From contig NC_134025.1 of the NCBI RefSeq assembly GCF_964204645.1, positions 4,588,001 through 4,652,000 on the forward strand: a stretch of DNA of 64,000 bases. The letters run 5' to 3'. Of this stretch, positions 53,601-64,000 are shown piece by piece. The notes below the pieces were generated by a model, which saw only the letters and a list, made by a program, of their open reading frames with translations, searched no databases and was not told the DNA's origin. The translations under genes and the position numbers were made by a program. How positions within the stretch are numbered: position 1 is the stretch's first letter; each line of letters opens with the position of its first letter. Source of the DNA: Tubulanus polymorphus. Lineage: Eukaryota > Animalia > Nemertea.

Positions 53601-54903
53601 TTTATTAATGTAGACATTCAAGCTTCACAGGGGCAAAGGGCCTCTCCATTTTGATCAGTGATCTGAGTATATACCCAAAATAGATGAATGATTTACATAT
53701 ATTTTCAGAAATGCTATCATAGTGAGGTTTGTCTGTACGAACACGAGAAACCATCCATGAATACTTGTACATGTACAATGCTAATGGGCATGTATATATA
53801 TATTGTATAAAAAAAGTAGCAATACAGAAAAAGCTAGGGTTAGAAGCGATAAAATATGTACGTGTATATAAATGATGTTGATCTACTGTGTAGGATACAA
53901 TATTATGCAATGTAGAATCAGTATATCAAAACTAGATGTACGATATGCATTATTAGAACTCATTTGGGTTCATTATCTGTGATATTTGATGAAATATGGA
54001 TAGAAGTTATCATGAATTGTTTGTCTCTGAAGTAATAGATTTGTATTCACAATATCATTAAGACGAAATCACATTGTAATGTGATGAGCATTTTTATGTG
54101 TAAGGGAATTATATTTTTAAAATGGTAAATGCGCACTACACTTTTAGGACAATAAATTACTACAGAAAAAAATAGTTTGGTTGGGATTGTAGAGGGTTTC
54201 TAACTACATGTATTACATTTTTGCACATTATTTGTAACCGTTCTTAAGAGTAGGTAATTTCTTATATCGGCTGTAAAATCAACATAATTACTGTTAATAA
54301 TGTGGTACATTCTTCGTTAAGGTGTTAATTGGATACTTGCAGTACGTGGCCTGCTCTGAGAAATCTGGAGGCTGAAATGTTGTTCAATAAGCCAAAACAA
54401 CGATCTTATAGTTATCATTCAAGGAATCATGGTTTTCGCCATCCAAATCTTAACATGAAATAAATGAAAGTCTTGTATGTAGCCTACTTTTAGTATTTCA
54501 TATCATATCAATGACTTATGAGATAAAGATAAAATTTGATTTCGAAGAATCGACACTTGTTCATTGTTCAATATATCGAGGCAACGGAATTTTCTGATCG
54601 TAGCGAGGATTTTTTTCATCTTTCTTCATCTACATGTATTCCCCCAGAAAACTCAATATGGATGAGCCATTGTTAGAGGCCCACTGTCTATTGTACCCCT
54701 GGTTTCAGCGGGATGATTTTTCAGCGGGATGATTTTGCGAACTAATTCACTCCCAAATAAGAAAGGCAAAATGGCAGCTTTTAAGATCACACAGATATGC
54801 AAACATATAAGAGAAAATGTGTGATTAATTTCGCTACTTTATCATCGAAGTACGAGCTTATTCAAATCATCGTAATTAACTCAAAAGTGGAAGAGTATGT
54901 TGG

Positions 54904-54906
<3 letters not shown>

Positions 54907-54991
<85 letters not shown>
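54907..54991. repeat. (AT)n microsatellite
   Basis: About 42 units, seen directly. Confidence 0.97.
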
Positions 54992-54995
<4 letters not shown>

Positions 54996-55182
54996 CATGT
55001 ATATATAAGTGGTATTCGTACTAACACTGATAAGCATTTTTATGGTAATATTTAAAGTAAGCACGACTGATTTGATGATAATTCAAAATAACGTGTGGAA
55101 TTCACATGCATAATATACGTATTAACTTCATCAACATCGTTAGTTTCATGGAACGGTACATTTCGTGATTTGACCTTCGATC

Positions 55183-57048
55183 CTAAGCATAGATAGAAAA
55201 ATATATGATAACGTAGAGCAGGAAACTAACTGGAAACAGAATTCTTGAAATGAAATCGATCTTCATTGCTACTTTGGACATTCCGTTCCCATTTTCCGAT
55301 TCGTCTTTGTTAGTCTGAAATGAAATGATTTAACCATTACGTTCGCGTAAAAGATCAAAATATTACATGTTTCATAAACTATTGGCAATCAAACTCACTG
55401 GAGACAAGGGAATCATTTCCGTATTCGAATGCGCAGTTTTCGCACGTTTCGATAGGAACGTAACTATTGCAGTTTCCAGAAGAGCCATGAACACGTATAA
55501 CATATTCAACAACATCCAGACATCAATCGCTTTTACATAGGAGACTCGGGGTAACATGGATCTGATACTGGACGTTTGGGTCGTCATCGTCAGTAATGTC
55601 ATCAAGCCGAGGAATACTCGAGCCGTGACCGCATCATTCATCCAGAAACCAAACCACGACACAATAACAATTAGAATACTGGGAATGAAAACCTGCAGTA
55701 TGTAATAACCCTGAATTCGCTGTAACTTAAAATCCACCTTGAGACACGGATAGGCCCCTATAAAGATAAAATACGAAATATGTAGGATGTACTTAAAAAA
55801 CAACTTATATTTTTCTGTAAGGAAATCGAACCTGTAGCATAGTGGACAGAGCAGTCACTAAGTTGCGTATCCTGTATAATGAATTGTGGCAAGTGATCAA
55901 CTGATGCATCCATCGCAAGCCCTGCGCCCATCCAGCCATACGTCATCGTATCCATAGTGTATCCATCTGTAAAGTGGTAAATTTATGTATCTCTAACCGA
56001 TACGAATCTGTCGATGGAATATTGTAAAGAGTGGGAATGAATCCGCAGTTTCTTTCGAACTTACACGATTCTACCATGAGTGAGCAAACTTGTGTATCGA
56101 ATGGGAACTTTTGGAGATGTAATGGACAGGAAAAAGTAGCTGTAATTCTATGAATGAAAAAGAATAAGATTACAATTTTCCTCAGGACGAACTCTCAGGC
56201 ACTATTCTGGTCATAATACCTAGTAGCGAACCAGACATCGCCATTGCTGTATATCCTGAGAAGTCTATTTGGAACTGTAATATCGTGTGTTTTTCCAGCC
56301 TTTTCATTCCGGAAAAATGTGTCCGGCAGCCATAGTTTGTCAATATCACTTGCTTTTGGTCTGATCATTTTAACGAAGTTTTTCGGAGTGAATTTCAGTC
56401 TCGGGTCGTTCCAACTTTGTCGCAAATAGAAGTCTATAGAATAATCCTATATGAAAGACATAATCTTATGTAATTTGCTTTTATAATCTAATATCTAATT
56501 TCATTTCGCTTATGAACGATTCTGGACATAAGGCCGAAGCAAACAGAATGGATGCTTCAAAGCTAAATCTTTACCATTTTCTGTTCATTCAATGAATGGA
56601 AGTTGTTAACATACAGTCCAATTTCTACTTTGGTCGCGTTAACTAAAAATGATGATATTTGATAGTTTGTGAATAACAATATAATAGAAAACTATTAGGT
56701 AATTTGTTGAACAACACAAATAATTGTGTCAGCAATAATCCCAAACTTACGGCTCTTTGGTGGTTGTTGCCTGTCATAGTTTTTCATCAAATTATCGAAT
56801 ATTTGTTCGCTAATATCAATGATAAAAACAAACAGACTGTATTAATAATGATAGGTAATTTACCGAGTAGGTTTTGGTGGTAATGGGTGACTGTTAACAA
56901 ATTACATATACAAAGTCAACTGTACAAGAAAAAGTAGCGGTAATATCATGTGAATATGTCGTTTTACAGTATAAAATGCTTAAAACTTAAAAATACACCT
57001 GGAAGATAGTGTTACCAAAAACAATAATCCCACCAAATAACGCATCAT
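55183..57048 (-). CDS. Cys-loop ligand-gated anion channel subunit, glycine receptor/GluCl-like, about 379 aa
   Basis: Exons 56999-57048, 56864-56890, 56751-56809, 56575-56642, 56220-56446, 56065-56147, 55832-55966, 55399-55757, 55183-55314. Motifs FYLRQSWNDPRL, LWLPDTFFRNEK, Cys loop CPLHLQKFPFDTQVC, loop C CSVHYATGAYPC, LPRVSYVKAIDVW, IDFISRILFP. Confidence 0.93.
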
Positions 57049-57833
57049 TCTTCTCGGAATCTTCATAATGGGGAACTTTCTGAAAGTAAAACACAGAATT
57101 TCCACGGAAGGAAAAGAAGAAAGAAAAGCCTATAAATGCAATGCACACAGAGCTTAAGATTATGGAAAATATGTACTGTACAAGTATCTACACTCAAATC
57201 AAATATATTTACAAAGTTCAAATCTTGTTTTTGCAAATAGTGACAAAAGATATTTGATAGAAATTCCATGATGCCTAGACAGAAGTCATACCTTTTAACT
57301 GAAAATGCTTGACATGGATGTTGCCTTGTTCAGTTGGCCTCCTGTGACTGTGATGACGACGAACTCTCGTCACAGAACTGGGTCGAATATTCAGCAATTG
57401 CCGTTAATCAGCCTCGAATACGAGCCACCAAAGTCGACGTCTGCACGATCCGATCGTTTCACCCATAACGGTTATCATTATTCTACGCATCCTCAGCTAA
57501 TTTGCAAATAAATTGATCGTAAATCCCCAAACACGATCGCCGACATAGCATTTTAGTTTGATAAAAACGGCCGGAAAATCATGATTTGCCACTAAGTTAT
57601 ACCACGGACTCCTCGTTTTAGAGTCCGGTTATACGTGCCCTGTGCTGCAACTATGACACAAACAACGCTCGCACAATTGTAATTTTGTGGAGAAATAAAA
57701 CCTTGAATGTAAAGGAAAAGATAAAGACATATCTGCTTATAGTTTTACATTTTTCTTTATCCCCGGTACGTACATACATCGCTAAGAATACGAACATTTT
57801 ATCATTTTACATAATCTTTTAATGAATATGCTT

Positions 57834-60800
57834 CTAATTCGTCTTCATTTCATCGAAAATCCACTCAAGATGTGATTCGATTTTCGTATAGACACCGGGG
57901 TACTTAACATCGGCACAACTTTCTCCGAATGACACAATTCCAACTAATACCCAACTTGCACCGTCCCTGCAGATTAACCCGCCGCCTGAATCACCCTGTA
58001 AGCAAAAGACTTTTTCATGAGGCAATTTGAAAACGCTGGTTTTAATGCAATAAGCAAGGTTGCTTCGTAGATAAAAACAAGTTTTCTCGAATTAGTGGAT
58101 GTCGAATGAATCACTGTACCTGACATGCGTCCCCAACTTTTTCTGCATTCTTTGAGTATCCACAAATCATGTTTGGCAATATTTCGATATTTTTTCCGTT
58201 AGTCCTATATCGTGCTTCACATTGCACGTGGTCCATTAAAGTCAGAGAAACGTGTTGAAGTAGATCTGGTCGTACTATAAAGTAGTGATACAGATTTTCT
58301 CATTGAATGTTTTACGTAATAACATTTTTGATAAAATGGATGAAATGTGCCCTTACGATATCTACTGCTGGACAAGTCTCCCCAACCAGCCACTCGGCAT
58401 TCGCTTGAACTGTCAAAAACTGATTTCTCATTCGGTAAACATGCTACGTTGATAAACGGCGTCAAATAAACTGGCCTGACCAGTTTCACCAGTGCTATAT
58501 CATTCATATAACCTTTACTCATATCTAGAAAATATCCACGTTGTCTCTTAAGAACAGAGCGAAGCCTCGTGAAAAATATCTTTCCAAACGTCCGTTTCTT
58601 TTCTTACTGACAAGGTTTTTCGTCGTTACAACGTTTTCTTACCGGCTAAAGGGTGGTTGATGATTTTGCTGATGTTCACTTCAATCTCTGTGCCCTCGTT
58701 CAGTTTTTGATTATGTTCGCCGACCCTTATACTCCATATATCAGGATTATTCATTGACCGTCCACCGCGAAACAATTTCTCTCTTAAATGTTTAATCTCA
58801 ATGATAGGATAAGACAAGACTGAATGGAACAAGTGATGTTCCACGTATATGCAAATAATTGTTATTGCCAATTAATTGATTCAAACCGTTATTCTACTCT
58901 TTCACATTAACTTATCCGACGATATCTTTTGAAATCAGTTTTTTGCACGTTTGTAAAGTTTACTTACTGGAAGCAATGAGCTGCTGACAGGACCCACTGT
59001 GGTGCGATCAGAGTACCACCACACTCGTGTCTTGAGTTGAGGATCCTGAGTGACGCAATCCAAGGCCACTGACCATGGACGACCGGAGAACCATTGACAA
59101 TTCGTTTCGCTACAGATATCGCTGATGAGTCGGAGTGATAAGAAATACCGCATTGGTCACCTCCTTGAATATCTAAAAACAATTTAAGCAATCGTTGAAA
59201 GACGATGTATTGGAGGAAAAAGATACGCCTTGTATACAAAAAGTAACTTTTATTGAATATTCCACTTACTCTTAACAGACTCAAATCCGGGCACCGTACC
59301 TGGAAATAAATGAAAAATGTCAGAATGTTCTCAAAATTACAATTGGAGGATGTTCTGACTTTGATGTAAGTTTTCGAAAATTAGACGCTTTGCTTACCGC
59401 AGCCAATTAAACCAAAGCGCACAGCAGCAGTATTGTAGGGATATCTAACTGGATAGAGTCGAACGCAAACGGCTCGGATGGGATACCGGAACGTGATATC
59501 CTTATCCGGCCGAAACCAGGTTGGCCCATTGAATATCTGTAAATCGAAAATGGTATCAATTATGATCTATATAAAAATCATATTCCTAAAGTTTGTTTGC
59601 AAATGATAGCAGTATACCACATGTTACTGGCCTTTGTTGTAGGAGAAGTCGGTGAAATTTTGATTTGATGGAAATTTTCACAATTCCTGCTGTATCCGAT
59701 AGTGAATAGCTGAACACGCTTCCTGTTGGAATCTGAGTCTGACTGGATTTTGACTCCGGTCAAAATCAATTCGTACGGCAATTCTATCTGAACCCATGAT
59801 CCCTCGGCCTTTCGTGGAATCCACGAATTTTTCGCACCGTATCGGGCATGCGCTGGACTGTGATCTGAATCGGTTCCTGCATCGGACCCAGTAAAAACTG
59901 AATCTGGGAAGAGTGTTTTATCAAACAGGTTTGGACCCGTTCTGTGACATATGTTCTTATCTAAAATCAAATTAAGGTCTAATGTATATAACGATAGTTG
60001 AAATAACAATAGCGTTGTCTATCCGCTTTCTGGGGCCCTGGCGATGATAGTTGACACAGAAAATATACTGATAATAGACCTTATAGTATAACCGACTGCC
60101 TGGAGATATCAAAATAGTTTTCATATCTAACAATATCATATACATAATGATAAAAAGACGGCAAATTCCTTTTTTGAATAAATAAGGATTGTTGGTACGT
60201 CATAAGTGATGACGTAATGTTATTCTGGCACTTGGTACTTATGCAATAAAAAAAAAAAATATTGGGTAATAGGACTTTAAGTAGTCATTTATCAGGTCAT
60301 TATAATATCTTCGTTCTTCGTTTGGGTCATTCAATGAATGCTTTTACCCTCTCCACAACCAAGTAGGACGATGTTCGCTGCTGCAGGTTTATCTTGTTTC
60401 TCAACGATAATCTTCACACATCGAGCTTTAAAAACTTCTGGAAATAACGTAGTTGTCCAAGTGTCATGATCACGGTTTCCTCGAAATATCTGAAGTTAAG
60501 AATTAAACATTTGAGGAACTGTGCTCGCAATTTTAGTTAGTCGGCCAGATTCTAATAATAACCTGCTGGTCGCCATTACTGTCCAGTAAATCTGTAAACC
60601 AGGTACAACCTAAACTGTAAGAAACCTGAAACTTTTCGATAAATTGGGTCCCGGATCCTTTCATTCTTATTCCTGTCACTAATTGCCATTCGGAAAATTC
60701 AATCTGGAATACAGAAAAAAGTATATGAGTTATAAGCCCATGAGTAATTTGATTTTTCTCATGTATATCGATCTATCATATATTGTACATATTCATGTAT

Positions 60801-62430
60801 TTTTGGTTTATTATGCATAATATATCTTACGAAAAACCAATCTAAATGGATTTCAATTTGTTCAATTACGCAATTTATGTCAACGCTGTCTGGTTAAAAT
60901 CTACGTATATTAAGTAATTACCAAAACATAACGTGATTAAATTCAGTTATTTTCCCCACTGGAATACAAATAAGTTTCATGAACTCACATTGTGCATGTA
61001 AAACCGATTTCATCTTTTAATGGTAATTCTTTGATTAAAAGCAAAAACTCAAAGTTTTTATCATTTAAGATATACGGAAAATCATTATTATGTAATGTAA
61101 TGCAATAATACAACTATGAAATATTGAAATTTAAGAATTTATAAAATTTTCCATCGATAAAGATAAAATCCTTAATTTTGCGAATATGAAGAAGTACATA
61201 CCTGTATTTTACCGGTATTATCCGGATACAGCGCATCACGATAGACATCATCGTCATTGTAGTAGTATCCATTATCCTTCTTATCATCTAGTTCTTTGTG
61301 ACAATGCGGTAAACTGCCTTTGAAAATTATAAGAAAGAAACGATGATGGCGGTTATTGTAGGTCATAATAATTTCTCGTAGTATTTTGGCCGCGTTTGTA
61401 GTGCCCTTTTCCTCAAAATCAGGGGCGGATCCAGGGGCCTCTGTCGAGGGTAGCACTATGGAATAGAGCATAATCCACGACAATGGAGGGGGCTGGAGGT
61501 CCCCCAGAAATTCTTTGAAGATTTGGTCCTTTTTATTGCAATTTTAAGCAATAAATATGTCTGTAAAATAATTCCTGATGCAACGTGCTTTCTATAAACG
61601 TTATTGCATTGAGATGTAGTTTCCAGTGAATATAGTACATAAGAAAGATGAAATCCTGAAGAATGGTGCGCCTTTTTGTTTAAAATTATCTGTGCTCTTT
61701 CTTTTTGGGATTGATAGGGACGATTAATGTTTTCTTTTGCTTTGGGGATGAAAGTTTCGGGATGGTAGCACGTATGAATCCGCACCTGAAACTGTACATT
61801 CCAATTACATAGCATAACACGTAATCTGTTAATCATAGGATAAGCGACATCGAATTAAACGAATTTACCTAATGCTGCGATAGGAAATGTTGAATGGATT
61901 AAAAATATCTGAAATAACAATGAAACAAATTAGTAGCCTACATTACGATAAAATTACGATAAAATCATGGCATTTCTGCATTTCTATAAGATCATCATCT
62001 ATCCGTCGAAGGGTCATTTGTCAAAGCAGACAAAAATCTTAGATGTTGTAAATAGGACTGGGTTATTGCTGGCGTTCGTTCAAATCAATATTTAGATGGT
62101 CTGCATCGACATATCAACAGTCAGACAATACAAAGATTATAAGAAAATGTGATGGTCTCTGATGAAATGCCAAGAAAAAGTTTTCACGTTCAACTACAAA
62201 AAAAACAATGACTTGATATAATCTACAATTAGAAGAGTCTATTTTTGACCTAATATAAAAGGATAGGAATAAGATGGGAATCCAAAACCTATTATGATTG
62301 AAGAATGATTTAAAAAACGGCCGAGTTCCACAACTTATAGTTAGATTTTACTATTGATATGCAGCTCAAACTCTCGGAATGTTAACCTGTAAGGACAGTA
62401 AGTACTCACCAACAAGCTGAACGAATACAT
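57834..62430 (-). CDS. Secreted trypsin-like serine protease with two N-terminal discoidin (FA58C) domains
   Basis: Signal-peptide exons at ~62410-62430 and ~61869-61908; discoidin exons ~61202-61318, 60563-60703, 60348-60489, 59632-59960, 59398-59536; activation site KR|IVNG; catalytic triad SAAHC, NDIAL, DACQGDSGG. Confidence 0.9.
61420..61788. mobile_element. Non-autonomous DNA transposon/MITE in a protease intron
   Basis: CAGGGGCGGATCCA ... TGAATCCGCACCTG imperfect terminal inverted repeats. Confidence 0.6.
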
Positions 62431-63366
62431 GATACTGAAGTATCTTTTTCCAATTGACGATCAACTGAATGGCGATACAAGATTTCACTCGTATTTATAG
62501 CGATTGGAAAACCCTTGTTAATTGGAAAACCCGCATTTTAACGCATCTATAGTTGAGATACTACGCTTTGCGTTACGATAATTACTGATGTTAATGACGG
62601 GGTCATGATTGTAAATCATTTATTCCCCAGAGACAGAGTATCATCGCTGATTTCTAGATTTTGATTCTAGTTAGCCTCTCACAGGCAATGCAGTAAATTC
62701 TCTGTTATCATTGCCATATATAAAAACGAATTAAGTAATCGGAGTCGACGACATTTTTAAGTGCAATGGTTGTCGGTCATTTCATTTGTTAATGGGGAAC
62801 AGTTCATCCGTTTAGTTATGTGTAAAATCGTTATTTCTACTAACGTTAAGGCAGAAACTCAGGAAGTACCTGAAAAGAAAACTGAACGTTCGCTTTAAGG
62901 AATCTAATGAAAGAGGGCTTCCGAAAAGTATAACAATTTACTAGGTTCCGAGTTGCTCGCATTTCGTGTGCACGCGTAATTTACTCAACTGAAAATTTCT
63001 CTATATAAATCATGCCTATATGTAACGGTACCAACAGTTATTTTGGTTTGTGAAGTGGGCAGATATTAATCACATACGCCTTCCTACATAGGTCCTTAGA
63101 TATTCGAGTTTCATTGTCGTATCATCAGATACGTGATTGATGCAACTCATATTATCACCTTATAGTTGATCTCTATTTGAGGTTATCAATTCTCGTACAG
63201 TGTTGATTAGAAAGTTTTCATTTGCCTTTATATAGTGTATTGTTCAATTGATTTTTGAACAATCTAACTTTATGATTATCAGTAGGCTTATATTTATTAA
63301 CTAATGCAGCTGACTGGTTTGATGGGATGAAATAATTTCACATTTAGCACCGTAAACTAAACTGAA

Positions 63367-63615
63367 ATGAAAATGGAAGTAAATGATCATACGAATTTCT
63401 GTGAAAATCTTCTGAGCTCTCTCGTACGCGTTAGGCGACAAGTGTCACAGACTCTCAAGTCGGTTGACAGGAAGTGCATCATCGGTTACTCGAAGAGAAG
63501 TAACACCTTGGAGGTTGACGTACAGAATGAAGTAACCCGTCGTCTCACGTGGAATCATATTGTGGCTCAGCATCTGAGCTCAGATGACGATTTTGAAGAA
63601 ATGCCCGAGTTTTGA
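63367..63615 (+). CDS. Small orphan protein, 82 aa
   Basis: ORF locally richer in GC than its flanks, preceded by acceptor CATTTAG (~63347) and TATATAAA (~63002); no family recognised. Confidence 0.45.
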   Translation: MKMEVNDHTNFCENLLSSLVRVRRQVSQTLKSVDRKCIIGYSKRSNTLEVDVQNEVTRRLTWNHIVAQHLSSDDDFEEMPEF

Positions 63616-64000
63616 AAGAAGTTACCCTTTCAAAGAAGGAATGAAAACTGAATAGAATTATGGTAGGTTGTTTACTTCTATTTAATTCTTTTTGTTAATT
63701 GAAATTAACTGCGACTTAGAATGGCTGTTCAGTAGATTTGTTTTTGGAATTGAAAATCTAGAGCCATTGAACTTTTTTTTCGGAAAAGCGGCAAATGGTA
63801 TTGATGAATCTATCAAAACACTTCAAAACAATATGTTAGAATTTGAAAATTAAAGAAAAATACCATTGGCATTAGAATCAGAAAGGCTTGTCATTATTGG
63901 CTCGTAAATTTGGTTTTGTGTTGAGTATTAAAACTACGAGGACGATTGGAATGTTATTGCAATCATTTCAATCCCGGTACTAAAAGTTAACACTTAATTA

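Noticed and set aside
63367-63615. Bearded/E(spl)m4-family assignment for the small ORF
   Set aside because: QNEVTRRL does not match the NxxNExL motif and the other family motifs are absent.

Overview
AT-rich, compact eukaryotic genomic DNA with mostly short GT-AG introns. The gene content points to an invertebrate animal, probably a marine lophotrochozoan (inference). Genes from left to right: PM20D2-like M20 peptidase (-, runs off the left edge); secreted astacin (+); a ~20-kb MyRIP/melanophilin-type Rab27 effector that unexpectedly carries two internal Ig I-set domains (+); Bax inhibitor-1/TMBIM6 (+); single-exon GT11 alpha-1,2-fucosyltransferase (-); MMS22L (+); a small orphan ORF (+); an intronless phosphonatase (PhnX) homologue with most catalytic residues replaced (-), head-to-head with an intronless PIGN (+); a glycine-receptor-like Cys-loop subunit with an atypical pore (-); a protease with two discoidin domains and a trypsin domain (-); and a second small orphan ORF (+). 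Introns hold several MITEs, microsatellites and Penelope-like retroelement remnants with minimal hammerhead ribozyme motifs. The most notable candidates are the pseudo-phosphonatase/PIGN pair, the Ig-containing MyRIP and the hammerheads. All exon models were spliced by hand and family assignments rest on recalled motifs; no database searches were run.
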